Source: Octopus sinensis | Taxonomy: Eukaryota | DNA length: 64,000 bases | Assembly: GCF_006345805.1 (NCBI RefSeq) | Contig: NC_043023.1 | Span: forward strand, 18,724,001 to 18,788,000 | Reading direction: 5' to 3' | Shown here: one piece after another, positions 1 to 15,103 of the stretch | Position numbering within the stretch: the first letter of the stretch is position 1 | Layout: every line of letters starts with the position of its first letter | Position numbers and translations under genes: made by a program | The notes under the pieces: model-generated | Databases searched by the model: none | The model's input: only the letters and a program-made list of their open reading frames with translations | What the model was told of the DNA's origin: nothing

Positions 1-920
1 GACAAACAAACACACACACGCATATGTATATATATGTATATACATACGACGGGCTTCTTTCAGTTTCCGTCTACCAAATCTACTCACAAGGCTTTGGTCG
101 GCCCCTAGGCTACAGTAGAAGACACTTGCCCAAGGTGCCACGCAGTGGGACTGAACCCGGAACCATGTGGTTGGTAAACAAGCTACTTACAACACAGCCA
201 CATTTTACTTTATTTTATACAAGTTTTTCTCGTTGTGTTTCCAGGTTCAAATTCTGGTAATAAAACAGATGTTGGAACAGCAGAGACGAGAACATAATCA
301 AGAATATAAAAAATTAATGTCTTTGAGAATCTTCTTTTCTTCTTATATTACATTAAACATGCTTGCATAAAAGAGAACTTCATTTTTATCTATCAATACA
401 ACACTACGAAACTTAGACACTTTATAAATCGCAATGTACTTTAAACCTTCTTATTTTCTGTAACTCACAAAATCTAACATCATATGGTTTGATTTGTAAT
501 TCTATAGATATTTTCTAACTGCCAATTTTCACTACTAATTTTCAATATAATCTTTAACTTTTATTAACGAAGAAATAAATGTGGTTTCTTAATACAATAT
601 GTTTTGTTTTTATTTGAAACATCTTTATATTCTGCCCTAGGTTCAAGGCGGCGAGCTGGCAGAACCGTTAGCACGCCGAGCGAAATGCGTATCCGTATTT
701 CGTCTGCCACTAGGTTCTGAGTTCAAATTCAGCCGAGGTCGGCTTTACCTTTCATTCTTTTGCGGTCGATTAAATAAGTACCAGCTACGCACTGGTGTCG
801 ATATAATCGACTTAATCCGTTTCTCTATCCTTGTTTGTCCTCTCTGTGCTTAGCCCCTTGTGAGTAGTAAAGAAATAGGTATTTCGTCTGCCTTTACGTT
901 CTGAGTTCAAATTCCGCCGA

Positions 921-2959
<2,039 letters not shown>

Positions 2960-2971
2960 ATTTATAGAAGG

Positions 2972-3022
2972 AGCTTCTACAGGACTAGAACTGTTTCATT
3001 CAAGAGAAATCTTCAGGAAGCT
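2972..3022 (-). ncRNA. Type I hammerhead ribozyme motif (inverted copy of 6211-6261)
   Basis: The reverse complement reads agcttc-CTGAAGA-tttctcttgaat-GAAA-cagttctagtcctGTA-gaagct. Confidence 0.78.
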
Positions 3023-3624
3023 AGTTAACAAGAATTGTATTGGCATTTATACATTTAGGCAGGTTTAAAGGGGTGTTGGTGGGGGACTTTTTGGGGGTAG
3101 GCATAGCGCAAAATATCATACTTGGGGGAGTGGTCAAGGAGTCAGTGTTAAATTAGATAGAAGAATAAATTAAAAAAAAAAAATATATAAAAAAATATAT
3201 AAAAATATATATAAAAAAAGGGAATAGAGTTTTAGGTAAATAAGGAGATTCTCACTTATACCTATGCACATATGTATACATATATACACACACATACAAA
3301 CATATATACATATACATACACACATACGTACACACACACATATATACATATATATACACTTACACATACATATACATATCTACACATACACATATATGTA
3401 TACATACACACATACACACACTCACATGCATACACGTATACACACATGTATATATACACACACGACCACACATACATATACACACAGAAAAATATATATA
3501 CACATACACACACATACTCACATACACGCATACACACACATATCCACACACACATATGCACACACAGCACACTAGTCCCTATATACACATATATACACAT
3601 ACACACACATATACACACATACAT

Positions 3625-3668
<44 letters not shown>

Positions 3669-4403
3669 CATATGTGTACCTATGCATACCTACACATACA
3701 CACATATATATACACATACAAATACAGACCCATTCCCTAATTTTAATTTTATTATCTTCATTTATTACTTTTGTTATCTTTGATCGCTGGTCACAAACAT
3801 CTTGGCTATGACAGCCAGTCCATTTATCTGTCTACTGGAAAACAAGCACTCATTTACTCACGCACACTCTTTAGCACGTACACTCACTCATTCGCACACT
3901 CATACACATACACGCACGCACGCGTTATATTCATACATACATACATCTACATACATTCACGTATATACACATACGTACGCGTACCTACAGATTCATGTCT
4001 ACACTCTTAGAAGGCTAGTCTATACATATACACCAATAAATATAAATACACACACATACATATACACCTACATACAAATACATACATGTATATATATATA
4101 CATATACATACATATTCACATAAATATACATACATATATATATACATATATATATATATACATATACATACATATACACATATACATATATATATATACA
4201 CATACACACACATACACATACATACATATACACACATACACATACATACGTATACATACATACATACATCCATACATCCATACATACATACATTTATACA
4301 CATACACACACCCACACGTATACATATACGTACATATATATACGCGCATGCATACACATACAAATACATACACATACGCATATACATATACATACATACA
4401 CAT

Positions 4404-4462
<59 letters not shown>

Positions 4463-4847
4463 CACACACATACATATACATACATACATATACAAATATA
4501 CGCACACACATACATACATACTCATATACACATACACGCACATACACATTACATGCGTACCCATACACACACACACACACGCGCGCATCCATATATACAC
4601 ATAAGTACACACATGCGTAAAAGTATACATATATCTATGCTTACACATACACACACACACACGTGCCTCCTTATATTCATACTTACATGCATACTCAAAA
4701 AATAGGTAGGTACGTAGAGTTATCTATGTGTGTATGTATTTGTACATGTGTGTAAGTATGTATATATATATATATGTGTGTATATGTGTGTGTATATATA
4801 TATGTATATATGTATATGTATATATATGTGTGTATATATGTATATAT

Positions 4848-4879
<32 letters not shown>

Positions 4880-4884
4880 ATATT

Positions 4885-4935
<51 letters not shown>

Positions 4936-5161
4936 AAGTTTATATGTATGTATCCGTCTATATAATAGGTAACTGCACGTACATATACTTAATATTTATT
5001 ATTTATTTTTTGAGTATGCATGTATGAATAACTGCGCGTATATATATTTTACTATTTACTTATTTTTTGAGTATGCATGTAAGTATGAATATAAGGAGGC
5101 ACGTGTGTGTGTGTGTATGTGTATATATATATATATGTATATGTGTATATGTATGTATATG

Positions 5162-5196
<35 letters not shown>

Positions 5197-5658
5197 GTAT
5201 GTATATATATGTGAATATGTATGTATATGTATATATATATATATACATGTATGTATTTGTATGTAGGTGTATATGTATGTGTGTGTATTTATATTTATTG
5301 GTGTATATGTATAGACTAGCCTTCTAAGAGTGTAGACATGAATCTGTAGGTACGCGTACGTATGTGTATATACGTGAATGTATGTAGATGTATGTATGTA
5401 TGAATATAACGCGTGCGTGCGTGTATGTGTATGAGTGTGCGAATGAGTGAGTGTACGTGCTAAAGAGTGTGCGTGAGTAAATGAGTGCTTGTTTTCCAGT
5501 AGACAGATAAATGGACTGGCTGTCATAGCCAAGATGTTTGTGACCAGCGATCAAGATAACAAAAGTAATAAATGAGATAATAAAATTAAAATTAGGGAAT
5601 GGGTCTGTATTTGTATGTGTATATATATGTGTGTATGTGTAGGTATGCATAGGTACAC

Positions 5659-5710
<52 letters not shown>

Positions 5711-6210
5711 ATGTATGTGTGTGTATATGTGTGTGTATGTGTATATATGTGTATATAGGGACTAGTGTGCTGTGTGTGCATATGTGTGTGTGGATATGTG
5801 TGTGTATGCGTGTATGTGAGTATGTGTGTGTATGTGTATATATATTTTTCTGTGTGTATATGTATGTGTAAGTGTATATATATGTATATATGTGTGTGTG
5901 TACGTATGTGTGTATGTATATGTATATATGTTTGTATGTGTGTGTATATATGTATACATATGTGCATAGGTATAAGTGAGAATCTCCTTATTTACCTAAA
6001 ACTCTATTCCCTTTTTTTATATATATTTTTATATATTTTTTTATATATTTTTTTATTTTTTTATTTATTCTTCTATCTAATTTAACACTGACTCCTTGAC
6101 CACTCCCCCAAGTATGATATTTTGCGCTATGCCTACCCCCAAAAAGTCCCCCACCAACACCCCTTTAAACCTGCCTAAATGTATAAATGCCAATACAATT
6201 CTTGTTAACT

Positions 6211-6261
6211 AGCTTCCTGAAGATTTCTCTTGAATGAAACAGTTCTTGTCCTGTAGAAGCT
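6211..6261 (+). ncRNA. Type I hammerhead ribozyme motif (minimal)
   Basis: AGCTTC-CTGAAGA-tttctcttgaat-GAAA-cagttcttgtcctGTA-GAAGCT. Stem I is 6 bp (6211-16 with 6256-61), stem III is ACAG/CTGT, and the GUA cleavage triplet is at 6253-55. Confidence 0.78.
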
Positions 6262-6501
6262 CCTTCTATATAATAAATTAATTTTACTCTACTATGTATT
6301 GAGTACTTATTTACTGTGGTTAACCCCGAATCAACCCGGGACCTACATATTATATATATATATATATATAATTAATTAATAAGGGTGAGAGAATTAGATA
6401 CTAATTTAATAGTATATTTATTCAACACCAAGTGGCCTAGTGCTACATATTATATATATATATAATATATATATTATATATATATATATATTATATTATA
6501 T

Positions 6502-6559
<58 letters not shown>

Positions 6560-6599
<40 letters not shown>

Positions 6600-6973
6600 A
6601 ATGTTGTCTGGGTATGGCAGGTTTGGTAGCTTTCAACTAACACTATCTCCTCCAAGACCCTGTGGCGCAAGTTGACAAAAATTGAGATTATGATAGAAGA
6701 AGGCTTGCTCTTCCTTCCGTAGAAAACAAAATTCAAATTGAACCATGGTAACGCCAAAAATTATTTACACCAAAAAGGTGGTTTTTTTTCTATGAAAATC
6801 CCTATTTTTTACGATTTTTTGACTGCTCTGTTGCCATTTTTTGGTGTATTTCAACCAGAAAAATGTTCACTTAAAGAGAATAACAAGATACATAATGCAA
6901 ATTTTTTACTTTTCAAAAATTCCAATTCTAAATGGTCGAAACAAGTCCGAGCAACGCCGGGCTACACTGCTAG
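6560..6973 (+). mobile_element. Further unit of Helitron array 1
   Basis: Carries the array 1 diagnostic variants (gctaatgttgtctggg, gggctacactgctag); CTAG at 6970-73. Confidence 0.82.
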
Positions 6974-7036
6974 TATTCATAAAAAAAACAACAACCGGAG
7001 GATCGAACAAGAGTTGTCTTCCCTAGTTTAGGACTA

Positions 7037-7146
7037 ACGCATGCGCATTATGAATATGTCAATTTCCTGATTTGGCGCCTTATTTTCTTTACACCCACTC
7101 CACGCATTGTTGATAACAATATCCTGTACTAAACATTTGTGTAAGT
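7037..7146 (+). promoter_or_regulatory. Candidate promoter and non-coding first exon of ZNF-A
   Basis: NRF1-like ACGCATGCGCA at 7037-47 in a non-repeat island; consensus donor GTAAGT at 7141, which could pair with the acceptor at 11084. Confidence 0.4.
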
Positions 7147-7532
7147 ATTTTAGTTTAATTTAGTCTTTAATTTGTTTATTAAGATTAATGAAAGTAAAAA
7201 CGTCTGGTTCTGCCTCAGTTTTCTTTCATTATTGAGGCTAAAACATCCGTTTTTCACCCGAAGCTATTAATGTTACTACTCAGACATCGATATTAACTGT
7301 TTCATTACATTAAGAATGCATGTTTCTGTGATTAGTTAATTTGCAGTCTAGATTTAATAGACATCGTCAATGGGAAACCTTTTAATGCTGTTAGTCTGGC
7401 GATATCGGCTCAAACAGACATAGACATACACACTGCAACATTCATACATATATAAAAATGGACCTCTTTTAGTTTCCGTCTACCAAATCCTAATCACAAG
7501 GTTTTGGTGAGCCCAGGGCTATAGAAGTTACT

Positions 7533-8117
7533 GATACTACTTAAGAAGAGTGGTCCCGGTGCGCGTACACGCTAGCTAGTCATGACTAGTCGATCTTTTG
7601 TGTTTTTGTTTTATTTACTTTGTTTAAAAAATTATTTTGTGTTATATTTACTTTGCTAGGAAGTCGTTGTAGGATCGACTAGTCACGACTTAAGTAGTAC
7701 CTAAAAACGGTCTTCTTTAAGCTTCCGTCTACCAAATCCTAATCACAAGGCTTTGGTGAGCCTGGTACTATTTAAGAAGAATGGTCCCGGTGCGCGCACT
7801 CGTTTAATCGTCACGACTAGCTAAAACGGACTTTTAGTTTCCGTCTACCAAATCCAATCACAAGGCTTTGGTGAACCCAGGGCTATAAAAGGGTACCACT
7901 TGAGAACAGTGGTCCCAGTGCGTGTAGTCGCGCATCCGCGCTAGCAAGTCGTGACTAGTCAATCCTACAACGACTACCTAGCAAAGTAAATAAAACAAAA
8001 AATAAATAATTTTTTTTAAAACAAAGTAAATAAAACAAAAACACAAAGTAAGGATCGACTAGTCATGACTAGATTACGCGAGTGCGCTCACCGGGACCAC
8101 TGTTCTCAAGTAGTACT
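7533..8117. mobile_element. Cluster of three GGTACTAC-TIR MITE copies (7533-7701, 7764-7821 partial, 7892-8117) separated by re-duplicated target
   Basis: Shared TIRs and internal ACTAGTCGATCC motifs. The SINE-derived target taaaaacgg..tttccgtctaccaaatcc.. appears three times. Half copies also lie at 22555-22676 and 26107-26213. Confidence 0.8.
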
Positions 8118-8707
8118 CTATAGAATTTACTTTCCTTAAGTGCCCTGGAGTGAGTTAAAACCGCGACCAATGTGGCTGGGGAAACAAATTTTGTAACCTC
8201 ACGCGTATAGGCATAACTACAGATATGTACCCCACTTTCCCGTCGGCTTCGTTGCCTCATAACTTGCAGAGAAATAGGCGCTTTTTTTTTTGTTTAAGCG
8301 TGACAGCTAGAATATATTTAATAAGAAATTATCTGTTCCCGAATCCTTTGATCAATATACTCTTCTACTTGTTTCAGTCATTTGACTGCGGCCATGCTGG
8401 AGCACCGCCTTTAATCGAGCAAATCTACCCCAGGACTTATTCTTTGTAAGCCTAGTATTTATTCTATCGGTTTCTTTTCTCTTTTACTCTTTTACTTGTT
8501 TCAGTCATTTGACTGCGGCCTTGCTGGAGCACCGCCTTTAATCGAGCAACTCGACCCCGGGACTTATTCTTTTGTAAGCCTAGTACTTATTCTATCGGTC
8601 TCTTTTGCCGAACCACACGCATATATATATATATGCGTGTGTGTGTTTGTCCCCCAAGCATTGCTTGACAACCGATGCTGGTGTGTTTATGTCCCCGTTA
8701 CTTAGTG

Positions 8708-8970
8708 GTAGCCTTCAACTAACACTATCTCCTCCAAGACCCTGTGGCGCAAGTTGAGCAAAATTGAGAGTATGATAGAAGGCTTGCTCTTCCTTCCGTG
8801 GAAGAAAAAATTCAAATCAGACCATGTTAACACCAAAAATTATTTACATCAAAAAGGTGATTTTTTTTCTATGAAAATCCCTATTTTTTACGATTTATTT
8901 ACTGCTGTGTCGCCATTTTTCTGTGTATTTCAACCAGAAAAATGTTCGTTTAAAGAGAATAACAAGCTAC
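8708..8970 (+). mobile_element. Internal fragment of the same non-autonomous Helitron
   Basis: Matches the body of the array units but lacks both ends. Confidence 0.7.
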
Positions 8971-9021
8971 ATCATCATCGTTTAACATCCGTTTTTCCGT
9001 GCTAGCACCGCTACGGAAAAT

Positions 9022-9419
9022 GGGATTTTTTTCTAGAGGTGTCAAATGAAATTGTCACCCATAATTATGGCCCTAGTATCGATCTATTGCATTTCAATCT
9101 ATTTTAGGGTTAGGTTTAGTTAGGGGTGGGGGAAGGGTATCTTTTTTTCTTCGCAAATGTAAATAAACCCAATCTGTTTCTGAGGGGCATATTCATACAG
9201 CACGGTATGTTTTGACTCCAAATGGAGGTCAGCGATTGGTTAAAATTGCCGAAAAGCTCAATTTTAAAGTGGAAATATGTTACAACATATAGAATTTTCT
9301 CAATAAAGCCAAGAAAAGAAAGATGTTTTATAAACACATTCTACCAGTATACGAAGTTTAAAAGTGTTTAGTTAACTAGAAATTGTGTTGACATCTGCCG
9401 TTCAAAAGGAAAAAATCCC
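9022..9419. mobile_element. GGGATC-TIR MITE containing TTAGGG-like repeats (unclassified)
   Basis: Ends GGGAT.../...ATCCC, with internal ttagggttaggtttagttaggg. The family also occurs at about 22220-22550 and 26214-27415. Confidence 0.7.
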
Positions 9420-9964
9420 AGCTCTCCAACTTACCAGTTTCAGTTAAACCATCCAACCCATATCAGCATGGAAAGCGGGCGTTAATAAATGAGCAGGGTG
9501 ATATTGAACGTGGCATTGGCAGAGCAGCCAACTGGCTCCGTGCTGGTGGGACGTAAAAGGGCACCATTCGAGCATGATCGTTACCGACATCGCCTTACTG
9601 GCACCTGTGCCGGTGGCATGAGTAAAAAGATTCGAGCAAGGTCGTTGCCAGTACCGCCTGACTGGCCCCCGTGCTGGTGGCATATAAAAAGCACCCACTA
9701 CACTCTCGGAGTGGTTGGCATTAGGAAGGGCATCCATTGTAGAAACTCTGCCAGTTCAAGATTGGAGCCTGGTGCAGCCATCTGGTTTGCCAGCCCTCAG
9801 TCAAATCGTCCAACCCATGCTCACATGGAACGCAGATGTTAAACGATGTTGATACAGACATATATCTATTTATACACACAGACACTTTTTTATAACATAC
9901 ATGCATCATGAAAACGAATGGAAACATTAGATAAGTTTTTGTAGAGGTAGGTGTTTATTTTGAA

Positions 9965-10968
9965 AGGTGGCGAGCTGGCAGAATCGTTAGCACCCCGGGC
10001 GAAATGCGTAGCCATATTTTGTCTGCTGTTACGTTCTGAGTTCAAATTCCGCCGAGGTTGACTTTGTATTTCATCCTTTCAAGGTTGATAAATTAAGTAC
10101 CAGTTACGCACTGGGGTCGATGTAATCGACTTAATTCATTTGTTTCTCCCCTCTGTGTTTAGCCCCTTGTGGGTAGTAAAGAAATAGGTATTTCGTCTTC
10201 CGTTACGTTCTGAGTTCAAATTCCGCCGAGGTTGACTTTGCCTTACATCATTTCGGGGTCGATTAAATAAGTACCAGTTACGCACTGGGGTCAAGGTAAT
10301 CGACTTAATCCTTTTGCCTGTCCTTGTTTGTCCCCTCTGTGTTTAGCCCCTTGTGGGTAGTAAAGAAATAGGTATTTCATTTCTCTTTACGTTCTGAGTT
10401 CAAATTCCGCCGAGGTCAACTTTGCTTTTCATCCTTTCGGGGTCGAGGTAATCGACTTAATCCATTTGTCTGTCCTTGTTTGTCCCCTCTGTGTTTAGCC
10501 CCTTGTGGGTAGTAAAGAAATAGGTATTTCATTTCTCTTTACGTTCCGAGTTCAAATTCTGCCGAGGGTCGAGGTAATCGACTTAATCCGTTTGTCCCCT
10601 GTGTGTTTAGCCCCTTGTGGGTAGTAAAGAAATAGGTATTTTGTCTGCCTTTACATTCTGAGTTCAAATTCTGCCGAGGTCGACTTTGCCTTTCATCCTT
10701 TCGGGGTCGAGGTAATCGACCTAATCCATTTGTCTGTCCTTGTTTGTCTCCCCTGTGTTTAGTCCCTTGTGGGTAGTGAAGAAATAGGTATTTCATTTCT
10801 CTTTATGTTCTGAGTTCAAATTCCGCCGAGGTTGACTTTGCCTTACATCATTTCAGGGTCGATTAAATAAGTACCAGTTACGCACTGGGGTCGATGTAAT
10901 CGACTTAATCCCTTTGTCTGTCCTTGTTTGTCCCCTCTGTGTTTAGCCCCTTGTGGGTAGTAAAGAAA
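9965..10968 (+). mobile_element. SINE family B multimer (about six variably deleted bodies)
   Basis: Repeated junction gtaaagaaata|ggtatttc; TSD-like taggtgtttattt on both sides. Confidence 0.85.
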
Positions 10969-11393
10969 TAGGTGTTTATTTCCATAATTAATCTGTATAG
11001 AAAATGTTGAATGTTATATCTCCACTTATTATGTCCCCATCCATATCTCACACTGCTGTTTCTTTGTTCTTTTTCCATTTCCAGATCTCGTTGTCAAAAT
11101 TCTTTCCATGAATATTTCTCGTTTGTTAACGATTGAAGTAACCTGTCTAAACCTGCTTCTAGGAATCTGAGGTAAAATTACACCCAAAGAAATTTCCATC
11201 TGCTGACATTTTCAGCGACATCTTTCTTTTCACTGCTTGGAACTTTTATAAGACAATTCTGCTTTCTTACGGAGTTTGGATTACCAAGGAGCTTGCGGCA
11301 CCATCTTCAAATATTGACTGAGAAAAACAGTTAATGGTAGAATAAAAGAAATATATAAAGGATATAATATAAAAACTTAAAGAAGAAAAAAAC

Positions 11394-13427
11394 ATGATGA
11401 CTAGTGAATTGGATGAGGAGTCTGTTGGATGTGAATCACAGGCTGAAAAAACAGGTGTTATTAACGAGGTAGAAAGTGAAAGTGGAACACCTCTAAATTA
11501 CTGCGATATCTGTGGTAAATCATTCTCTCGAATAGGTAACCTTAATAGGCACAAACGAACTACTCATAGAGGAGAGAAACCATATCGGTGTGATATCTGT
11601 GGGAAAGCGTACTATGAGGCATGTGACGTCCGTAGACACAGACGTATTCATACAGGAGAAAAGGCATATCACTGTGACGTCTGTGGCAAATCATTCACTG
11701 ACAACGGAGCCTTAATTAATCACAAACGTTGTCATTCAGGAGAAAAACCATATTGTTGTACTATCTGTGGGAAATCATTCGCTCGAAGTTCTGGCTTAGC
11801 TAGTCATAAGTTTATTCACTCAGGTAAAAAACCTCATCAGTGTAATATCTGTGGTAAGTCATTCTATAAAACAGAGCATGTAACTATACACATGCGTGTT
11901 CACACAGGTGAGAAGCCATACAGTTGTGATATCTGTGGTAGATCATTTTCTAACAGTAGCAACGTGCCCAAACACAAACGCTTGCATGCAGCAGAGAAAC
12001 CATTTCGCTGCGATACCTGTGGGGAAGCATTTTCTGAACATAAAGAATTAACCACTCACAAACAGATTCATGAAGAAGAAAAACCATTTAAGTGTGAGAT
12101 CTGTGGTAAAGAATTCACTGAGAAAGATATTTTCATCACTCACAAATTTAGTCATACTGTAGAAAAACAATATCGGTGTGATATCTGTGGTAGTTCATTC
12201 CCTGAAAGGCGTAAACTCACTGCACACAAAATTATTCACACAGGGAAAAAACGATATCCCTGTGATATCTGTGGTCAGTCGTTTGCTCAAAGTGGTACCT
12301 TAACCACGCATAAACGTGTTCATACTGGTGAGAAACCTTTTCGCTGCAATATATGTGGTAAGTCCTATTCTCAAAACAAAGGATTAATTTGTCACAAGCG
12401 TATTCATACAGGTGAAAGACCCTATAAGTGTGATGTATGCGATAAATCCTTCATGCAGAGTAGTTACTTAAAGTTTCATAAATATATTCATACAGGTGAG
12501 AAACCATTTCAGTGTGATATCTGTGGTCAATCCTTCAATCATTCAACCACCTTAACTATGCATAAACGTACTCATACAGGTGAGAAGCCACATCGTTGTG
12601 ATGTCTGTGGTAAATGTTTCACTTGTACAAGTGCCCTAACTGTTCATAAACGTACTCATACAGGTGAGAAGCCACATCGTTGTGATGTCTGTGGTAAATC
12701 ATTCTCTGAAAGAAGAGACTTAACTTCACATAAACGTATTCATACAGGTGAGAAACCATTCTCCTGTGACACCTGTGGTAAGTCATTTTCTCACAGGTGT
12801 ACAGTTGCTCTGCACCAGCGTCTTCATACAGGTGAGAAACCATACAGGTGTGATGTCTGTGGTAGTTTGTTCTCTCAATGTAGTCATCTTATAACACACA
12901 AACGCCTACATACAGGTGAAAAACCATATCGATGTAACATCTGCGGTAAATCATTCAATCGGAAAAATGCCTTGACTAGCCACAAACGTATTCATACGGG
13001 AGAGAAACCATTCGACTGTGATATCTGTGGTAAATCATTCTCTCATACAGGTTCGTTAAATGTACACAAGCGTATTCATACAGGTGAGAAACCACATCGG
13101 TGTGATATCTGTGGCAAATCATTTTGTGAAAAGCGTGAATTAACTAGACACACACGTATTCATACAGGAGAAAAGCCATATCTCTGCAAAGTCTGTGGCA
13201 AATCATTCAATTGCACCAGCCACTTATCTAGGCACAGACGCGTTCATACAGGAGAAAAGCCGCATCATTGCGATACATGTGATAAATCATTCGCTTCTAC
13301 TAGTCTCTTAACTAGGCACAAAATCGTTCATACTGGAGAGAAGCCATTTCATTGCGATACATGTGGTAAATCATTCACTCGAAAACGTACCTTGACTTAT
13401 CATGTTTGTATTAAGGTAAAAAAATAA
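11394..13427 (+). CDS. Multi-C2H2 zinc-finger protein (ZNF-A), 677 aa, single coding exon
   Basis: Open 677-aa ORF: a ~36-aa acidic leader, then 22 complete CX2C-X12-HX3-4H fingers joined mostly by TGEKP-type linkers; the 23rd finger lacks its last His (YHVCIKVKK*). No effector domain is recognisable. A pyrimidine tract plus CAG acceptor ends at 11084. Confidence 0.93.
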   Translation: MMTSELDEESVGCESQAEKTGVINEVESESGTPLNYCDICGKSFSRIGNLNRHKRTTHRGEKPYRCDICGKAYYEACDVRRHRRIHTGEKAYHCDVCGKSFTDNGALINHKRCHSGEKPYCCTICGKSFARSSGLASHKFIHSGKKPHQCNICGKSFYKTEHVTIHMRVHTGEKPYSCDICGRSFSNSSNVPKHKRLHAAEKPFRCDTCGEAFSEHKELTTHKQIHEEEKPFKCEICGKEFTEKDIFITHKFSHTVEKQYRCDICGSSFPERRKLTAHKIIHTGKKRYPCDICGQSFAQSGTLTTHKRVHTGEKPFRCNICGKSYSQNKGLICHKRIHTGERPYKCDVCDKSFMQSSYLKFHKYIHTGEKPFQCDICGQSFNHSTTLTMHKRTHTGEKPHRCDVCGKCFTCTSALTVHKRTHTGEKPHRCDVCGKSFSERRDLTSHKRIHTGEKPFSCDTCGKSFSHRCTVALHQRLHTGEKPYRCDVCGSLFSQCSHLITHKRLHTGEKPYRCNICGKSFNRKNALTSHKRIHTGEKPFDCDICGKSFSHTGSLNVHKRIHTGEKPHRCDICGKSFCEKRELTRHTRIHTGEKPYLCKVCGKSFNCTSHLSRHRRVHTGEKPHHCDTCDKSFASTSLLTRHKIVHTGEKPFHCDTCGKSFTRKRTLTYHVCIKVKK

Positions 13428-13444
13428 CTGTATCCTTATCAATA

Positions 13445-13868
13445 TTCGGAGGATCGGGGTTTCGATTCCCAGACCGGGCGTTGTGTGGGTTTACTGAGCG
13501 AAAACACCTAAAACTCCGTGAGGCTCCGGCAGGGGGTAGTGGTGACCCCTGTTGTACAAAATGGCAGTGCCCCAGCATGGCCACAGCTCGTGAGCTGAAA
13601 CTAGATAAAATTAAAAAAAAAAAACTCGAAAACGTACCTTGACTTATCATGTTTGTATTAAGGTAAAAAAATAACTGTATCCTTATCAATATTCGGAGGA
13701 TCGGGGTTTCGATTCCCAGACCGGGCGTTGTGTGGGTTTACTGAGCGAAAACACCTAAAACTCCGTGAGGCTCCGGCAGGGGGTAGTGGCGACCCCTGTT
13801 GTACAAAATGGTGGTGCCCCAGCATGGCCACAGCTCGTGAGCTGAAACTAGATAAAATTAAAAAAAAT
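13445..13868 (+). mobile_element. SINE family C (5'-truncated), present twice because of a 247-bp tandem duplication
   Basis: B-box-like ggtttcgattcc; 3' tail gccccagcatggccacagc..ctgaaactag related to family A; poly(A). A related minus-strand copy lies at about 33735-34030. Confidence 0.72.
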
Positions 13869-14084
13869 ACATTCAGACCACAGATACAACACACAGTATG
13901 TGCGGTACATGTTTGCCATGCAAGATATCCTTATAGTGACTGGGGCAATCTAACAGTTTTGTCAAGATTGGACCAAATGCACCCCACATGAGAATGTATT
14001 GATAGCATTCTCTAATGTGGGAAAAATGCACCATGTGGTTCGGTCATATGAGAGTTTTAAAAGCAACAGATCGACATTTCAGTT

Positions 14085-14194
14085 AAGAAGTGTATGTATG
14101 TGTGTGTATGTATATATTTATATATATATATATATATATATATGTTTGTGTGTGTGTATATATATATGTTTGTGTGTGTGTGTATATATATGTT

Positions 14195-14227
<33 letters not shown>

Positions 14228-14230
14228 GTT

Positions 14231-14263
<33 letters not shown>

Positions 14264-14288
14264 GTTTGTGTGTGTGTATATATATGTT

Positions 14289-14319
<31 letters not shown>

Positions 14320-14389
14320 GTTTGTGTGTGTGTGTGTGTTATATATATATATATGTTTGTGTGTGTGTGTGTATATATATATATATGTT

Positions 14390-14420
<31 letters not shown>

Positions 14421-14487
14421 GTTTGTGTGTGTGTGTGTATATATATATATATGTTTGTGTGTGTGTATATATATATATATATATGTT

Positions 14488-14522
<35 letters not shown>

Positions 14523-14525
14523 GTT

Positions 14526-14556
<31 letters not shown>

Positions 14557-14770
14557 GTTTGTGTGTGTGTGTATATATATATATATATGTTTGTGTGTGT
14601 GTGTATATATATATATATGTTTGTGTATATGTGTGTGTGTATATATATATGTTTGTGTGTGTGTGTATATATATATATGTTTGTGTGCATATATATATAT
14701 GTGTTTGTGTGCATATATATATATATATATATGTGTGTGTGTATATATATGTTTGTGTATGTGTGTGTGT
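14085..14770. repeat. Compound microsatellite array [(TG)n(TA)nTGTT]n
   Basis: About 28 regular higher-order units of roughly 20-26 bp. Confidence 0.95.
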
Positions 14771-15103
14771 ATTCACAACTGTATGGTTATGAACTTCACA
14801 ACCAATATATTGTAACCTGAACTGTGACCCGCACCACCATTCTGTTCTCCCATCTTGCACTTTGTGGATGCTGATATTATAGAATTCAATAAAGCTGATT
14901 TCTTCAATGTTTGATTTTAGATGTAACATTGTCTCTCCAGTATTTGAAATGACCGAAACATGAACTGTAGAAGTCAAAGACTTGATCAATGTATGATTAA
15001 AAGTTGCACATTTCTTCAAACTGATCTTCATTTAGCTTTTTAACCTTTTCCATACTAATCCACCTGAGATCACACCTGCTTCTAACAATTCTTCCTCGTT
15101 TAA

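Larger units (their letters stand above)
2951..6350. mobile_element. ~3.3-kb inverted duplication of a Penelope-like element 3' region, hammerhead at each outer end
   Basis: Unique segments 2955-3260, 3715-4080 and 4640-4700 are reverse complements of 5960-6275, 5255-5620 and 5055-5115. CA/TA microsatellites lie between them and the spacer is about 4700-5050. The same 3' terminus (tccttctatataataaattaattttactct...cccgggacctacata) recurs at 53690-53780. Confidence 0.7.

Noticed and set aside
647-760. tRNA-like sequences with A and B boxes (many copies)
   Set aside because: They are SINE heads continuous with SINE bodies and tails; no full cloverleaf was identified.
3170-6085. Many long ORFs rich in Y, I, H, T, C, V and M (also 14090-15031, 51247-53292)
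   Set aside because: They are translations of TA/CA/TG microsatellites, which lack stop codons; no coding signal.
9105-9135. TTAGGG-like repeats suggesting an interstitial telomere (also 22410, 26910, 27090)
   Set aside because: Only two or three degenerate units, always internal to the GGGATC MITE.
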